Source: Eledone cirrhosa (taxonomy: Eukaryota). Taken from it: DNA of 64,000 nt. A model generated the notes under the pieces. That model made no database searches. It worked only from the letters and a program-made list of their open reading frames with translations, and was not told the DNA's origin. The DNA is taken from contig OZ024740.1 of the NCBI GenBank assembly GCA_964016885.1, forward strand, positions 170,686,001 through 170,750,000, written 5' to 3'. Positions 1 to 13,384 of the stretch are shown piece after piece (positions within the stretch are counted from its first letter, which is position 1; every line of letters starts with the position of its first letter). The translations under genes and the position numbers were made by a program.

Positions 1-255
1 TTTTAACAAATTTTTGCTCAACAAAATAATTTGGAGATAATTATAAAGAATTAGTATATCTACCAACATATATATACAGATGCATACCTATGTGTCCACG
101 CATCGCCTGGGAACTTAGCTGAGAACAGACTTCCTGATGACGAAAGGCCTTCTCCATGTGTTCCATTCGGAAACCATGTTTATTCCCTTTCAGAAACTAA
201 TTAGTTGGAGTGAAATTTTAGTAAGTTAATTTTTATAATTTTCTTATTTTACGTC

Positions 256-330
<75 letters not shown>

Positions 331-884
331 TAAATATATATATATGTGGGAGGGATGTAGAAATGTGACACATAAAGCTGAAACCGGTACACGATTAAAT
401 TCCCAGCTCTGCTTAATGGAGTTATACTATATAGTACAAGCACCCCAGGAACTCATTAATAGTCGGGCTGAAACGGTTATCAATTGCGGCCACAGACTGC
501 AGCACTCCTTCTACAGATGGTCCCCAGAACCGGAATAACATCATATCCCCACAGCTCTCTGCATCACACCTCAATTTAGTCCACCTACAATAGGTATACC
601 AATGAGCAGTGTCTAATGACACTATCGACCAGCCATTGGATTTCCACCAAGGCACCTACTGAGTTAGACTCACTCTACTAATATTTCCCCTGGCTGGGAT
701 AGGTTAAAATAAACTTAAGGATTCTACGGCCTAGGACCGTATAATTACCTTCCTTAATTTGATTATGCCCCTTTCACCGACGCCATCGTGTTTACTCTTT
801 TTCGGGTATAATGCAGGGCGATGTCAAGTTAGAGTAACAATTCTCAACGGTATCTGTATTTACTGATGTCTTCATACAAACTAT

Positions 885-929
885 TATCTCTCCGAAGAGA
901 CCATCTGGGCGAAACATGTGTAAGAGCTA
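885..929 (+). ncRNA. Decayed HHR-like motif
   Basis: CUCU-CCGAAGA-GACC-AUCU-GGGC-GAAA-CAUGUG-UA/AGAG. Core U4 is mutated to C. Confidence 0.4.
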
Positions 930-1107
930 TATAAAGAACTTGTTTTAACGGTTGTAACTCCTTCATTCATTCATTTGATTATTCCCGCTCTGCTTAAACT
1001 ATACGCTAAATATTAACTTGCTCTAATATTTAACTCTGCTAACCCAAACATTGAGCACACTACGCTTCCTCCTCTCTGCTTCCTCTTCTCTTACGATACT
1101 TATACCC

Positions 1108-1197
<90 letters not shown>

Positions 1198-1467
1198 TAT
1201 AAAGAGTCGGGAACAACGGCTGAGCTCAGCCGTCGGTGTCCTGACTCTTTATAATATATACAACCATATTCTACTATACCAAGTAAGGAGTACTGTCTTG
1301 AGTAATGTTCTAACCAGTTTCAAACTTAATCCATCCATAATGTGTTCACAACATCAATGGTCCAGAAAAGACAGCTGATGAGCAGGAATTGACCTTGTGT
1401 TTGTGTTTCTCTTAAGTTTTCTAAATAATATTTATTAGTAACTACACAGAGCTGTTCTCACTTTTTG

Positions 1468-1548
<81 letters not shown>

Positions 1549-1614
1549 CCAAGGGCGGTGCCCCAGCATGGCCTCAGCCGGATGGCTGAAACAGGTAAAA
1601 GAGTAAAAGAGTAA

Positions 1615-1735
<121 letters not shown>

Positions 1736-2029
1736 AATATATACAAATATATTAAACAGGTTATTTATCACTGATGTTCTGAAAATCTCAATAAATGATA
1801 GCTCAAAGAATGATATGCTTATATAGAATAACTTTAACAAAGTTAGCTATGTATGTATATATATATATATAAATATATATATATATGTGTGTGTGAGTGT
1901 GTGTGTGTGTGTGTGCGTGCGCGCGCGCGCGTGTGTGTGTATGTAAAATCTAAACAGAAATAACAACACAATCCGTACAGTATATGGAAGGGATATATTA
2001 GGTTAATGCTTGATATAGTAGGAAGAGGG

Positions 2030-2065
2030 TCTTAAAGTTTCGAACGCTAGTCCTTCATCAGAAGA
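2030..2065 (-). ncRNA. Penelope pLTR-type minimal HHR (GGAC-UAGC-GUCC stem II family)
   Basis: UCUU-CUGAUGA-A-GGAC-UAGC-GUUC-GAAA-CUUU-AAGA, inside a dispersed repeat at about 1940-2095. Confidence 0.6.
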
Positions 2066-2209
2066 AAGAATGAGAAATAAGTTAGATTGAGGGGACATAT
2101 ATATATATAAGAAGAGCTTAAGTTTAAAACAACAAAAACTTCTCAAATTCTGCCACCATGTAGTAATCCGTTATGGAGGATTTGGTTTCACTTTATTCTT
2201 CATGCTTTG

Positions 2210-2260
<51 letters not shown>

Positions 2261-2271
<11 letters not shown>

Positions 2272-4430
2272 AATATAGACATAGAATATTCGAAAATATT
2301 CTGTATGTTTATAATAAACATTTTGAAGACCTAATCGCTATAGAATAGAATACGTCACGTATTACAATTAGATTCTCGATAAAAGCAAGGGAAGTAATCT
2401 ACGCGTTTCATTCTTATTAGAAATCTTCAGGACTACATATCCAGTGCTTTTATCGAGAATGACACAGCTAGAGACTTATAGAATACTTAGCTGTGTACAT
2501 GAACTGGTTTGAAAGAGCGGTTGCCGGTCCGGCAGAAATTAGAAATTGGAATAAATGCTCTGAAATAGCGATATATATGTGAATATAGACATAGAATATT
2601 CGAAAATATTCTGTATGTTTATAATAAACATTTTGAAGACCTAATCGCTATAGAATAGAATACGTCACGTATTACAATTAGATTCTCGATAAAAGCAAGG
2701 GAAGTAATCTACGCGTTTCATTCTTATTAGAAATCTTCAGGACTACATATCCAGTGCTTTTATCGAGAATGACACAGCTAGAGACTTATAGAATACTTAG
2801 CTGTGTACATGAACTGGTTTGAAAGAGCGGTTGCCGGTCCGGCAGAAATTAGAAATTGGAATAAATGCTCTGAAATAGCGATATATATGTGAATATAGAC
2901 ATAGAATATTCGAAAATATTCTGTATGTTTATAATAAACATTTTGAAGACCTAATCGCTATAGAATAGAATACGTCACGTATTACAATTAGATTCTCGAT
3001 AAAAGCAAGGGAAGTAATCTACGCGTTTCATTCTTATTAGAAATCTTCAGGACTACATATCCAGTGCTTTTATCGAGAATGACACAGCTAGAGACTTATA
3101 GAATACTTAGCTGTGTACATGAACTGGTTTGAAAGAGCGGTTGCCGGTCCGGCAGAAATTAGAAATTGGAATAAATGCTCTGAAATAGCGATATATATGT
3201 GAATATAGACATAGAATATTCGAAAATATTCTGTATGTTTATAATAAACATTTTGAAGACCTAATCGCTATAGAATAGAATACGTCACGTATTACAATTA
3301 GATTCTCGATAAAAGCAAGGGAAGTAATCTACGCGTTTCATTCTTATTAGAAATCTTCAGGACTACATATCCAGTGCTTTTATCGAGAATGACACAGCTA
3401 GAGACTTATAGAATACTTAGCTGTGTACATGAACTGGTTTGAAAGAGCGGTTGCCGGTCCGGCAGAAATTAGAAATTGGAATAAATGCTCTGAAATAGCG
3501 ATATATATGTGAATATAGACATAGAATATTCGAAAATATTCTGTATGTTTATAATAAACATTTTGAAGACCTAATCGCTATAGAATAGAATACGTCACGT
3601 ATTACAATTAGATTCTCGATAAAAGCAAGGGAAGTAATCTACGCGTTTCATTCTTATTAGAAATCTTCAGGACTACATATCCAGTGCTTTTATCGAGAAT
3701 GACACAGCTAGAGACTTATAGAATACTTAGCTGTGTACATGAACTGGTTTGAAAGAGCGGTTGCCGGTCCGGCAGAAATTAGAAATTGGAATAAATGCTC
3801 TGAAATAGCGATATATATGTGAATATAGACATAGAATATTCGAAAATATTCTGTATGTTTATAATAAACATTTTGAAGACCTAATCGCTATAGAATAGAA
3901 TACGTCACGTATTACAATTAGATTCTCGATAAAAGCAAGGGAAGTAATCTACGCGTTTCATTCTTATTAGAAATCTTCAGGACTACATATCCAGTGCTTT
4001 TATCGAGAATGACACAGCTAGAGACTTATAGAATACTTAGCTGTGTACATGAACTGGTTTGAAAGAGCGGTTGCCGGTCCGGCAGAAATTAGAAATTGGA
4101 ATAAATGCTCTGAAATAGCGATATATATGTGAATATAGACATAGAATATTCGAAAATATTCTGTATGTTTATAATAAACATTTTGAAGACCTAATCGCTA
4201 TAGAATAGAATACGTCACGTATTACAATTAGATTCTCGATAAAAGCAAGGGAAGTAATCTACGCGTTTCATTCTTATTAGAAATCTTCAGGACTACATAT
4301 CCAGTGCTTTTATCGAGAATGACACAGCTAGAGACTTATAGAATACTTAGCTGTGTACATGAACTGGTTTGAAAGAGCGGTTGCCGGTCCGGCAGAAATT
4401 AGAAATTGGAATAAATGCTCTGAAATAGCG
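2261..4430 (-). mobile_element. Tandem array of 7 x 310-bp units, each with a minimal type I hammerhead ribozyme (non-LTR retrozyme-like)
   Basis: The unit start GAATATAGACATAG recurs at 2271, 2581, 2891, 3201, 3511, 3821 and 4131. Copies look identical by eye. Flanked by (TA)n, with one HHR motif per unit on the minus strand. Confidence 0.85.
2394..2436 (-). ncRNA. Minimal type I hammerhead ribozyme (first of 7 copies, every 310 bp)
   Basis: Minus strand reads GUAGUC-CUGAAGA-U-UUCU-AAUA-AGAA-U-GAAA-CGCG-UA/GAUUAC. This gives a 6-bp stem I, a complete core, a 4-bp stem II, a palindromic ACGCGU in place of stem III and a GUA cleavage triplet. Stem I is extended by a 16-bp inverted repeat (2372-2387 / 2445-2460). 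Confidence 0.88.
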
Positions 4431-4469
4431 ATATATATGTGAATATATGTGAATATATGTGAATATATG

Positions 4470-4513
<44 letters not shown>

Positions 4514-6680
4514 ATTTGAGAAGTTTTTGTTGTTTTAAACTTAAGCTCTTCTTCGGTAAGATAGAAGAGGGGGGAAGGAATAGAAAAATTACGCACGAGG
4601 CGAGAAAGCGTTTTGGCTAGTCACGCCAAATTAATTGTGATTAATTTCTGTGAACTGAAAACGCTTGGATCCGTCGTTTGTTTACCTTGTTGAATACATA
4701 TCTTACCATACAGTACTGCTTGAATACATAGGAAAAATATATGTTTTTTATTGCTAATATGTAACTACAAGCTGCCATGTGGGACATGTGTCAGTTATCA
4801 TAGCTTCGGGTCGACCCATGACTTTAATTGAAATTGGGTAGACGAAAATTGTTTGGGAGCTTATCAGATGAATTACTATATATGTGCAGCAAAGAGTCAT
4901 ACTTATCATGTTGAATCTCCTTGAGAATTCCATTAAGGCTACATATGTCTGTGTACTTCCTAGCCAATTATATGTTAATCTTTTGACCATCATGTCTCGT
5001 TATTTGAACAACAGTAATACTCATCGACGAAACCAACGGAGGCCCATTGCTTCCAAATATCGTGAGATCAAATAATTCAGAAATGCCATCTGCAAAAGTA
5101 TGGTAGTTCTAAGTTATATTCAATATATGAATCAAACTTGAGGCTTGGACCGAATGTTTTCAACAGGGTGATCTTCACTATGGATACTACGGCTACGGTG
5201 GGGTAGAGGTACAGTGTGACGGATTGTGTCTAACACCCAATTAGGCTAAATCAGAATTTGGTCCTAGAATGTAAGAGGCGGAAGAAACCTTACAAAGCAT
5301 CCCGATCGACATTCTAACGATTCCAACACTACACGGGGAAGATGAATGCAAAATGTAAAGATGTCCACTGCAAGAATTGAAATAAGAACGCAAAAGCCGA
5401 TATAAATGACGTTAGGCATTTCGTTTGACACTCTAACACTTCTACCAATGTACTGCCTCGTAAAGTCGGTGACAATATAACAAAGAGTTATTTTATTATA
5501 TTACTCCCACCGAGGTTGGCTTTGCCTTTCATCCTTACTGGGATCAATAAAATAACGCATCAGTAATGCACTGGGTCGACTTTATCGACTTTCTCCTCCA
5601 CAAAAATGTCTGGCCTTGTGCCTAAACAATTATTTTACTCTTTTAATTGGAGCACCGCCATGATTAAGTTGAAGACATTGATCTCAGTTTTTCTATTTAT
5701 CAAATCTAGTATTTATGTTTTTAATATATGTTTTATCGAACCGCTAAGTTTCAGTACATAAATACAGACACATACACATACGTAGACAAAAATACGGACA
5801 CACTCTCACACATACACACAAACACACACAAATGTAGGCACATAAAAGGGCACGCACGCACATATTCACACATACATATATACACATATATATATATATT
5901 AAGAAAGAGTGATTGAAGTTCAACAACTAATCGTAATCCTAGAGTCGAGCTAAATGTAACAGATTAAAGCTCTGAGGTGGCCATTTGCTAAACATATGCT
6001 ACGCTTGATTAAGAATAACATATGTTGAACAGGAAATTCGATCTCTCATACTTAATATAAACATTCTGCATATTACGCCAATAATATACAGGTGTCTGTA
6101 TTAATCCCCACTTTTAATACTGAATATCAAATTCACGCAAAAGCATTGGATACTAAAATAGGTATCACTATTATTCAACCGATGACTCTAGTTAAAGACT
6201 TTTGTCTAAGATGCCGAACAACGAGATGGGACCCAGAACCATGATGACCCTGCTAACTCCTTAACTACACATCCATTCCGGCGCCTATTATGTTTATTTA
6301 TTAATTCTATATATTTCCGTTTTTCTCATAATGTTAGACACATCAGTCTCTCCATTTTATAGAACTGAATTCTCACTTAGCGACAACTTTCTCACGGATG
6401 GGTATAATCGGCTGTATCGATTTCAGTACCTGATAGATATTTTAAAAATCCCTAGAGGAATGAAAGTACAAGTCAGCACCGTTGGGAATTGGTCTCAACA
6501 GATGGAGTGAGGAGACTGCATAGTGTAAAACATACAACTCGTTTTATTCATTCTACTGTAAATGCTTCCATATGTTAGAAAAAATATTTTTGTTTCATTT
6601 ATATTTCCTAAATTCTCTATTGTAAGGAGCCAAATTCATTATTATATGAAGCTATATACGTAGATTGGCATAACTAAACA

Positions 6681-6774
<94 letters not shown>

Positions 6775-6911
6775 TGGATGGATGGATGTAGATTGATACA
6801 CATGCATAGATTAACAATAGCATACGTATAGCGATACACAGTAATATACAAGCGAGTATATATACTGTCATAGAGAATCACAAACATGCATACCTGTATA
6901 TGTATGTATGC

Positions 6912-6970
<59 letters not shown>

Positions 6971-6977
6971 ATGCATG

Positions 6978-7020
<43 letters not shown>

Positions 7021-7075
7021 TACCTTGTTTAAATCTTAACCATTTAACATGTCAGGGTATGTCATGTATCATTTT

Positions 7076-7141
7076 ATTTTATCTGATGAGGACGTACTAT
7101 TGAACTTGATTCAAGTACCTCTGAAATATGTATAATAAAAT
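7076..7141 (+). ncRNA. Type I hammerhead ribozyme with long stem II
   Basis: AUUUUAU-CUGAUGA-GGACGUACU...AGUACCUCU-GAAA-UAUGUA-UA/AUAAAAU. A decayed look-alike lies on the minus strand at about 21125-21177. Confidence 0.65.
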
Positions 7142-7282
7142 TTAATTGGTCACAAGAACATCTATTTTATTAATATTTGAATTTAATATTAATAACTCTG
7201 GAAAATATCTTATTGTAGAGTGCTTCCAATCTACTGTAAAACTCATTCTTTGATGTACTCATTGAATCTTGTTTAACTCTTT

Positions 7283-7421
<139 letters not shown>

Positions 7422-7447
7422 ATGTATGTATATATATATGTATATCT

Positions 7448-7478
<31 letters not shown>

Positions 7479-7479
7479 A

Positions 7480-7741
7480 ACTGAAAAAATGAAACGAAAT
7501 TTCATTTCCCACTCTTAGTACGGCTGTTACTTAAATATAAGTATGTATACGTACATACATATATGTATACAGACGTACAGTAGTATGTATATATATATAT
7601 ACATACATGCACACATATATATATGTACGTATGGATTCACCGAACATTTATTATAATGCTCGGTGTGTTTGTAAACAAACATCCCGTATTAAGCCGTAGT
7701 GTCCAGCAACCATGGTTGCTCGTTTGTTCAACACTGACACT

Positions 7742-7745
<4 letters not shown>
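7480..7745. repeat. Diverged partial copy of the 50-51 kb retrozyme-like unit, lacking the HHR
   Basis: Matches AATGAAACGAAATTTCATTTC.CACTCTTAGTACGG...CCGAACATTTATTATAATG...GTTCAACACTGACAC and stops a few bases before the HHR. Confidence 0.75.
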
Positions 7746-7789
<44 letters not shown>

Positions 7790-7964
7790 AAACGATCGAC
7801 TTTCGTCAAATCGGACCGAGGAAACAATGTTTCCGTTGGTCTTTCCAGTTGCTAGTAGTATCTATCGGTCGCAACTCCAGGTAGAAGGAGCAACGTGAAA
7901 TAAAGTGTCTTGCTCAAGGACATAACGCACCGCCCGGTCCAGGAATCGAACTCACAACCTCAAT

Positions 7965-7966
<2 letters not shown>
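7790..7966 (-). mobile_element. tRNA-derived SINE, family 2 (5'-truncated)
   Basis: Reverse-complement match to 20015-20195. Confidence 0.8.
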
Positions 7967-8182
<216 letters not shown>

Positions 8183-8285
8183 ATAATAATAAATTTGAAG
8201 ACTAAAATCCAAAGAGGGCTCGATAAGGATAAATATATATCAAATATATAAGAACCGTAGAGCAAAAGTTTAATCTGTTATTATA

Positions 8286-8332
<47 letters not shown>

Positions 8333-8649
8333 TTTAGGTTTCTTGGTTCACCACTGGATAGAACTGGTCATTCCGTATGGTCAACTCCGATGTAATGTTA
8401 GGGAGAGCACTCGACGTAATGCAGCTCACCCTTCTTCGTTTGTGTAGTTGGTGGTGCGAGTACGGAGTAAATTATTATAAAATAACAGGAGGCTGGACTG
8501 GTGTAATTCCTTGAAAGGTTTATTATACTATGAACGTAGTATATGAATCCGGTGACATCATCAGATATTCCAAATTTAACAAAGGAATATAATCCATGGG
8601 CTGAAAAAAGGCAGAGACAAGAAGGCGGCCACACATTTAGCAATTTCTA

Positions 8650-8840
8650 TGCATATAAATTTATCCCGGGTTCAATGGGGATAACAAGAGAAAGTAAGGT
8701 ACTTAATGCATAGCAGAGTATAAATATTTAAGATAAAAATGTCTTCTACGGGACTAGAACTGTTTCATTCGGGAGAACTCATCAGCGCTTCCTGATGATT
8801 TCTTCCGAATGAAACAGTTCTAATCCTATAGAAGCCATTT
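8650..8840. mobile_element. Fold-back mini-element with two back-to-back HHR cores
   Basis: Inverted arms at about 8737-8785 and 8792-8840, each reading CTGATGA-(T/G)TTC-T(C/T)CC-GAAT-GAAACAGTTC outward. Homologous to 15265-15470. Confidence 0.65.
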
Positions 8841-9071
8841 ATATATATGTATATATATATATGTGCATGCAATCACGTATACATACATATTGGTGCACCT
8901 ACATTATATATAAATAGATGCATGGACACATACACAGACACGAGCAGGAATATATAGTCACAAAGAATCACAAGCATGCATATGCATATATGTAAATATA
9001 TATCCATACATGTATACATACACATATCTGTACCTTATATATAACTAGAGATGTGCACCCCCTCTGCATTG

Positions 9072-9182
<111 letters not shown>

Positions 9183-9324
9183 CGAAGGAGTTGTGGTAAG
9201 GAACCAGAGTAGTAGAGTGGGTATAGGAGAAAGTATAAGCCGTTTTGACGGCTATTTCTGGACTATTTAGTCCAGAAATAGCCGTCGAAACGACTTGAGC
9301 TCTGCCGTCGTGGTCATACTTTCT

Positions 9325-9358
<34 letters not shown>

Positions 9359-9419
9359 GATGACAACGTAAACATACATGACACAGACATGGGTACTCAG
9401 ATGCAGGCAGATATGTAAA

Positions 9420-10460
9420 CATTCTACCACCACCTAGTCCGCCACCACCACCACCACCACCTGTATCTCTCCCCCACAGCACCATCTCCTCTACCAACAA
9501 CTCTAACACCACTGCCATAACTCTCACCACAACTACAACCACCATCTTCACCAACACTACTACCATCGCTTGCACTACCATTATCAGCATCACCTGCAGC
9601 TACCATCATCTGCCCCACCATCAATGCCACCACAACCACCACATACTGCCACCACCACTATTGCTGCAATCGCTTTTACTAACATGACCACATCTACCAC
9701 CACCTGCTTGCCACATTTTTATCAGCAACACCACCACCACCACTACCATCACATGTACCATCAATATCACTAGTACCACATACACCAGCACATATTACCA
9801 CAAATACTACTACTAGCTAGAGCACCACTATACTCATCTTTACCCCTACCACCTCTATGTTTGTATCAACATTGCCCCCAATACTACCATCACCTCTACC
9901 ACTACTACCACAACAACTACAACCATCTGCAACACCAATCCCAGCACCACTACCATCACCACCTCTAATACCACCTGCATCCCGGATACTACACTACCAC
10001 CAGCACAGTGTCTACTAACACTGACTGTCACTATTGCCATAACCACTACTACCACTTAGGCTACTGCTACCACTGCTATCATCTACCTCATCCCTGTCTC
10101 AATCTCAATTCCCCTTACCAGATCTCTATCACATTTGCAGTTCTAGCTATATCTCCGCTATTGCTAAAACTACCAACCACAACTACCCCACCACCAACAC
10201 CACTAACACCACCAACCCTCCCACTGCTACCCCAAGATCCATTAGCTACCATACTCTCATAAACAACTCTAACACCATCACCACCCCCATAGGATCCATT
10301 ACAACCATCACTACCTTCACCATCTCGTCATCTTTTAAACACCACCAATCGCATTACCATCACCACTATCTCCAAACCCCTCATCATCACTTCTACTATT
10401 ATCACCTATATCTCTATCACCAACACCTTCAGCTTCATCTCCACCACCAGTCAATAACAA
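9420..10460. repeat. Degenerate (CAC/CAT/TAC)n low-complexity tract
   Basis: About 1 kb of C/A-rich cryptic trinucleotide repeat. Confidence 0.85.
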
Positions 10461-11369
10461 GTACCGTACAATAATGAATCGCCCAGCCTCTACTTCACTA
10501 TTGAAATCAAGCATTATTACTCTAATCACACACGCAGTTATACACACGCATACACAGATAGAGAACATGTCATCCAAGTAAAAGCCGGCAGTCTAATTGA
10601 TACAGCAAATCACCTCTGTTGAGATACATCCCCCCATGTTACTTTTATCGCTACTATAACGGTCTCTGTACTCCTGAACCTGCTCACTATAGACAGTCTC
10701 CATTGCACTGGAGCAGTAGATTAGCAGAATTGTTTGTGCGTCAGACAAATTCCTTGTGGTATTTGTTCTGGTTCTTTGCATTCTGAGTTCAAGTCACCGT
10801 GAGGTTAAGTTTGGCTTTCTTCCGTCCGAGATCAATAAATGAAGTTCCAGTAAAATCCTCTTCCTCTCATTCTCTCCCACACTTTCTGAATTGACTGATC
10901 TCTGTCTAACTATTGTCCTTCAAATGATGATAAGGATAATGTCAGTCTATCTTAAGTGCCGGTAAAATATGTGGTTTTACCTAAGTGTTAACAACCTCTT
11001 ATGAAAATAAAAACATTAGTTTACTACGGAAACTGTCCAGGGTATCCAAAAGAAACTTTGGAGCCTAGATACATATATAGCAAGTTAAGTTACACGGGAC
11101 GTACTAAGGACTTCAATTCGATTAAGATTGTTGAGAACTCTCACAATATATATATATATTAATTCTGCTGTTACCGTATTAAGTTATGTAACTGAAATTA
11201 ATGAAATACTTGACAATAAAATAGTCAAAAGTTATCACTAGGTATGTCACACTGTTCAAAACTAACCCCTGTCCCTCAGCCTGTTCTATACAAACACTAA
11301 TCGAATCACTAATGGTTCATAAAGCAAAACTATCAATTTTGACGTTAGTTGTTAATTTGGGCTTTCACA

Positions 11370-11710
11370 TTTTTTTCACGCAGGATTAGCTGATTTTTAG
11401 GGTATGTCGGTTAAAAATGTGTCTATATTAATGGTCTATGGAGTCAATAAGGGCTAAGAATATTTTGCCTATGTTGGTTTTAATATTGAACGAGATGGAG
11501 GGGAGAATCATATTATTGGTTTCTGTCTATTTGTCTTCCTAGTGTTAGTTGGCTCTTGTTTAGGGAAGTAAGATACTTTTTCTGAAAAGCTACTGTTAGA
11601 TAGAGTGGTGTTATGGCTTTATTTGAAGAAAGTTTAGAGATTCTCTTAGATGTTCTTAATCTTTTATTTTTAAAGATGCAGGTGCGGACTTGTTCATTAA
11701 ATGGAAAATC
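11370..11710 (-). pseudogene. Penelope-like element RT-linker fragment (degenerate)
   Basis: Minus-strand translation pieces SKRISKLSSNK, PII*FSPP, NIKTNIGKIFLALID and HIFNRHTLKIS*SC resemble the PLE linker consensus WFNPP..NVKTNIG..FL.LID...IFNR.T.K.SYSC. Confidence 0.65.
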
Positions 11711-12036
11711 CTAGAAAAAACAAGTCCTTACCTGAACAATAAGAATATATATATATATATTGTGCAACAATGAATGACGAAATAACTTAAGATGGTTGCA
11801 TACTCGAAAATATTGCTAATATGAGGGACGACTTTTTCAGCCGATTCCCCACGTGCTGGAATACTTCCTACATATTTGGAATAACTGTGGATAACATCTA
11901 GACAGCCACAATCAACAAACTTGCTACTCCGAGCTTATTCCCATACCTCATTATAAAACTCTCCCTTCTATAATATCTTTCTAACACCCCAGAAAAGAAA
12001 AAATAGAGCACCTCTTCTTCGAAATATAAATATATG

Positions 12037-12069
<33 letters not shown>

Positions 12070-12092
12070 GTATATATATATATACATATATG

Positions 12093-12236
<144 letters not shown>

Positions 12237-12269
12237 CCTATATCTCTCTCTATATATATGTATATATTC

Positions 12270-13181
12270 TAGGGCGGGTAAAATTCCCGAGATCCATAGA
12301 CGAGTTCTCTCCAGCGGTCTCTGTCCCTCATTATTCTGCCATGTCCTGCGTCTCCAACAGACCAGTGTCTGTCCTTAGGGCATCAACATTACCTTGGTCT
12401 CCCAATTCCAACGTTAACCTTGGTCTCCCTCTTCTAGTGTGTCCATGTAGGGGCTCCCACAGGAGCACCGAGTACAATGTCAACTCTGGATGTCGGTGAG
12501 CATGTCCAGCTAACCTCAGTCTCCTCTGTGTCACTTTTGAGCTAACATTTGGGAGGCTCCCATACAGCTCTGAGTTTTTCATCCTCAGTGTATACTGATT
12601 AATGTTCAGCGCCATCCTCAGCAGTCTCGTGTAGCACCCATCCACCATCTGAGTGAGTTTCTTGGTCAGTGTTCAAGTCTCAGACCTCTACAGCAGCACA
12701 GACTCCACTACAGCAATGAAGAGGCGGATTTTCAGGTCTTTACGAAGGTCCGACTTCCACACCGATCTCAAGCTGTGGCACGCCGCCCAGGCTTTGCTCT
12801 TCCTATCAACCACATCATCTTCTGTATTCCCAATCTTTACTCCCAAATACAGGAAGTCCTCAACCAATTCTAGCGGCTTCCGCTCTACATTAGAGATCCC
12901 CTCTGGCTTCTCAACATTCTCTACGAGATATTTTGTTTTAGTTTCATTTATTCTCAGCCCCACACTCATCGACACAGTCTCAACTTCCTGCATCAAATCC
13001 TCTGCCTCCGTCACTGTATTTGTCACCAAAACTATGTCGTCGGTAAATTCAGCATCCGATACCTTTTTCGCCTTAACTCTCCTGCTCTGAGCCGGTGTTT
13101 CAGTAAAGCCAGAGTCCTGGTGTTTCTCCAGTGCAAGGCGCATACAATAGTCCACTACGATGATAAAAAGGTAGGGAGCCA
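12270..13181 (-). mobile_element. 5'-truncated RTE-like LINE (RT C-terminal half)
   Basis: [15 protein letters not shown], decayed FADD (EFTDD), [15 protein letters not shown] and RRLRLAGH...LLWEP..G...RGRP; frameshifted. Confidence 0.8.
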
Positions 13182-13296
13182 ATGTATATACATATATATA
13201 CATACATATATATACAATGTATATACATATATATACATACATATATATACAATGTATATACATATATATACATACATATATATACAATGTATATAC

Positions 13297-13333
<37 letters not shown>

Positions 13334-13352
13334 CAATGTATATACATATATA

Positions 13353-13365
<13 letters not shown>
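13181..13365. repeat. 35-bp AT-rich minisatellite
   Basis: AATGTATATACATATATATACATACATATATATAC repeated about 5 times. Confidence 0.85.
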
Positions 13366-13383
<18 letters not shown>

Positions 13384-13384
13384 T

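Noticed and set aside
133-182. HHR-like CTGATGA-CGAA...TTCG-GAAA
   Set aside because: No convincing stem I pairing; at best a decayed motif.
2261-4430. CRISPR array or protein-coding repeat
   Set aside because: Whole units are identical with no unique spacers, there is no long ORF, and the context is eukaryotic.
4754-5075. Overlapping short ORFs, possible transposase relic
   Set aside because: No recognisable motif.
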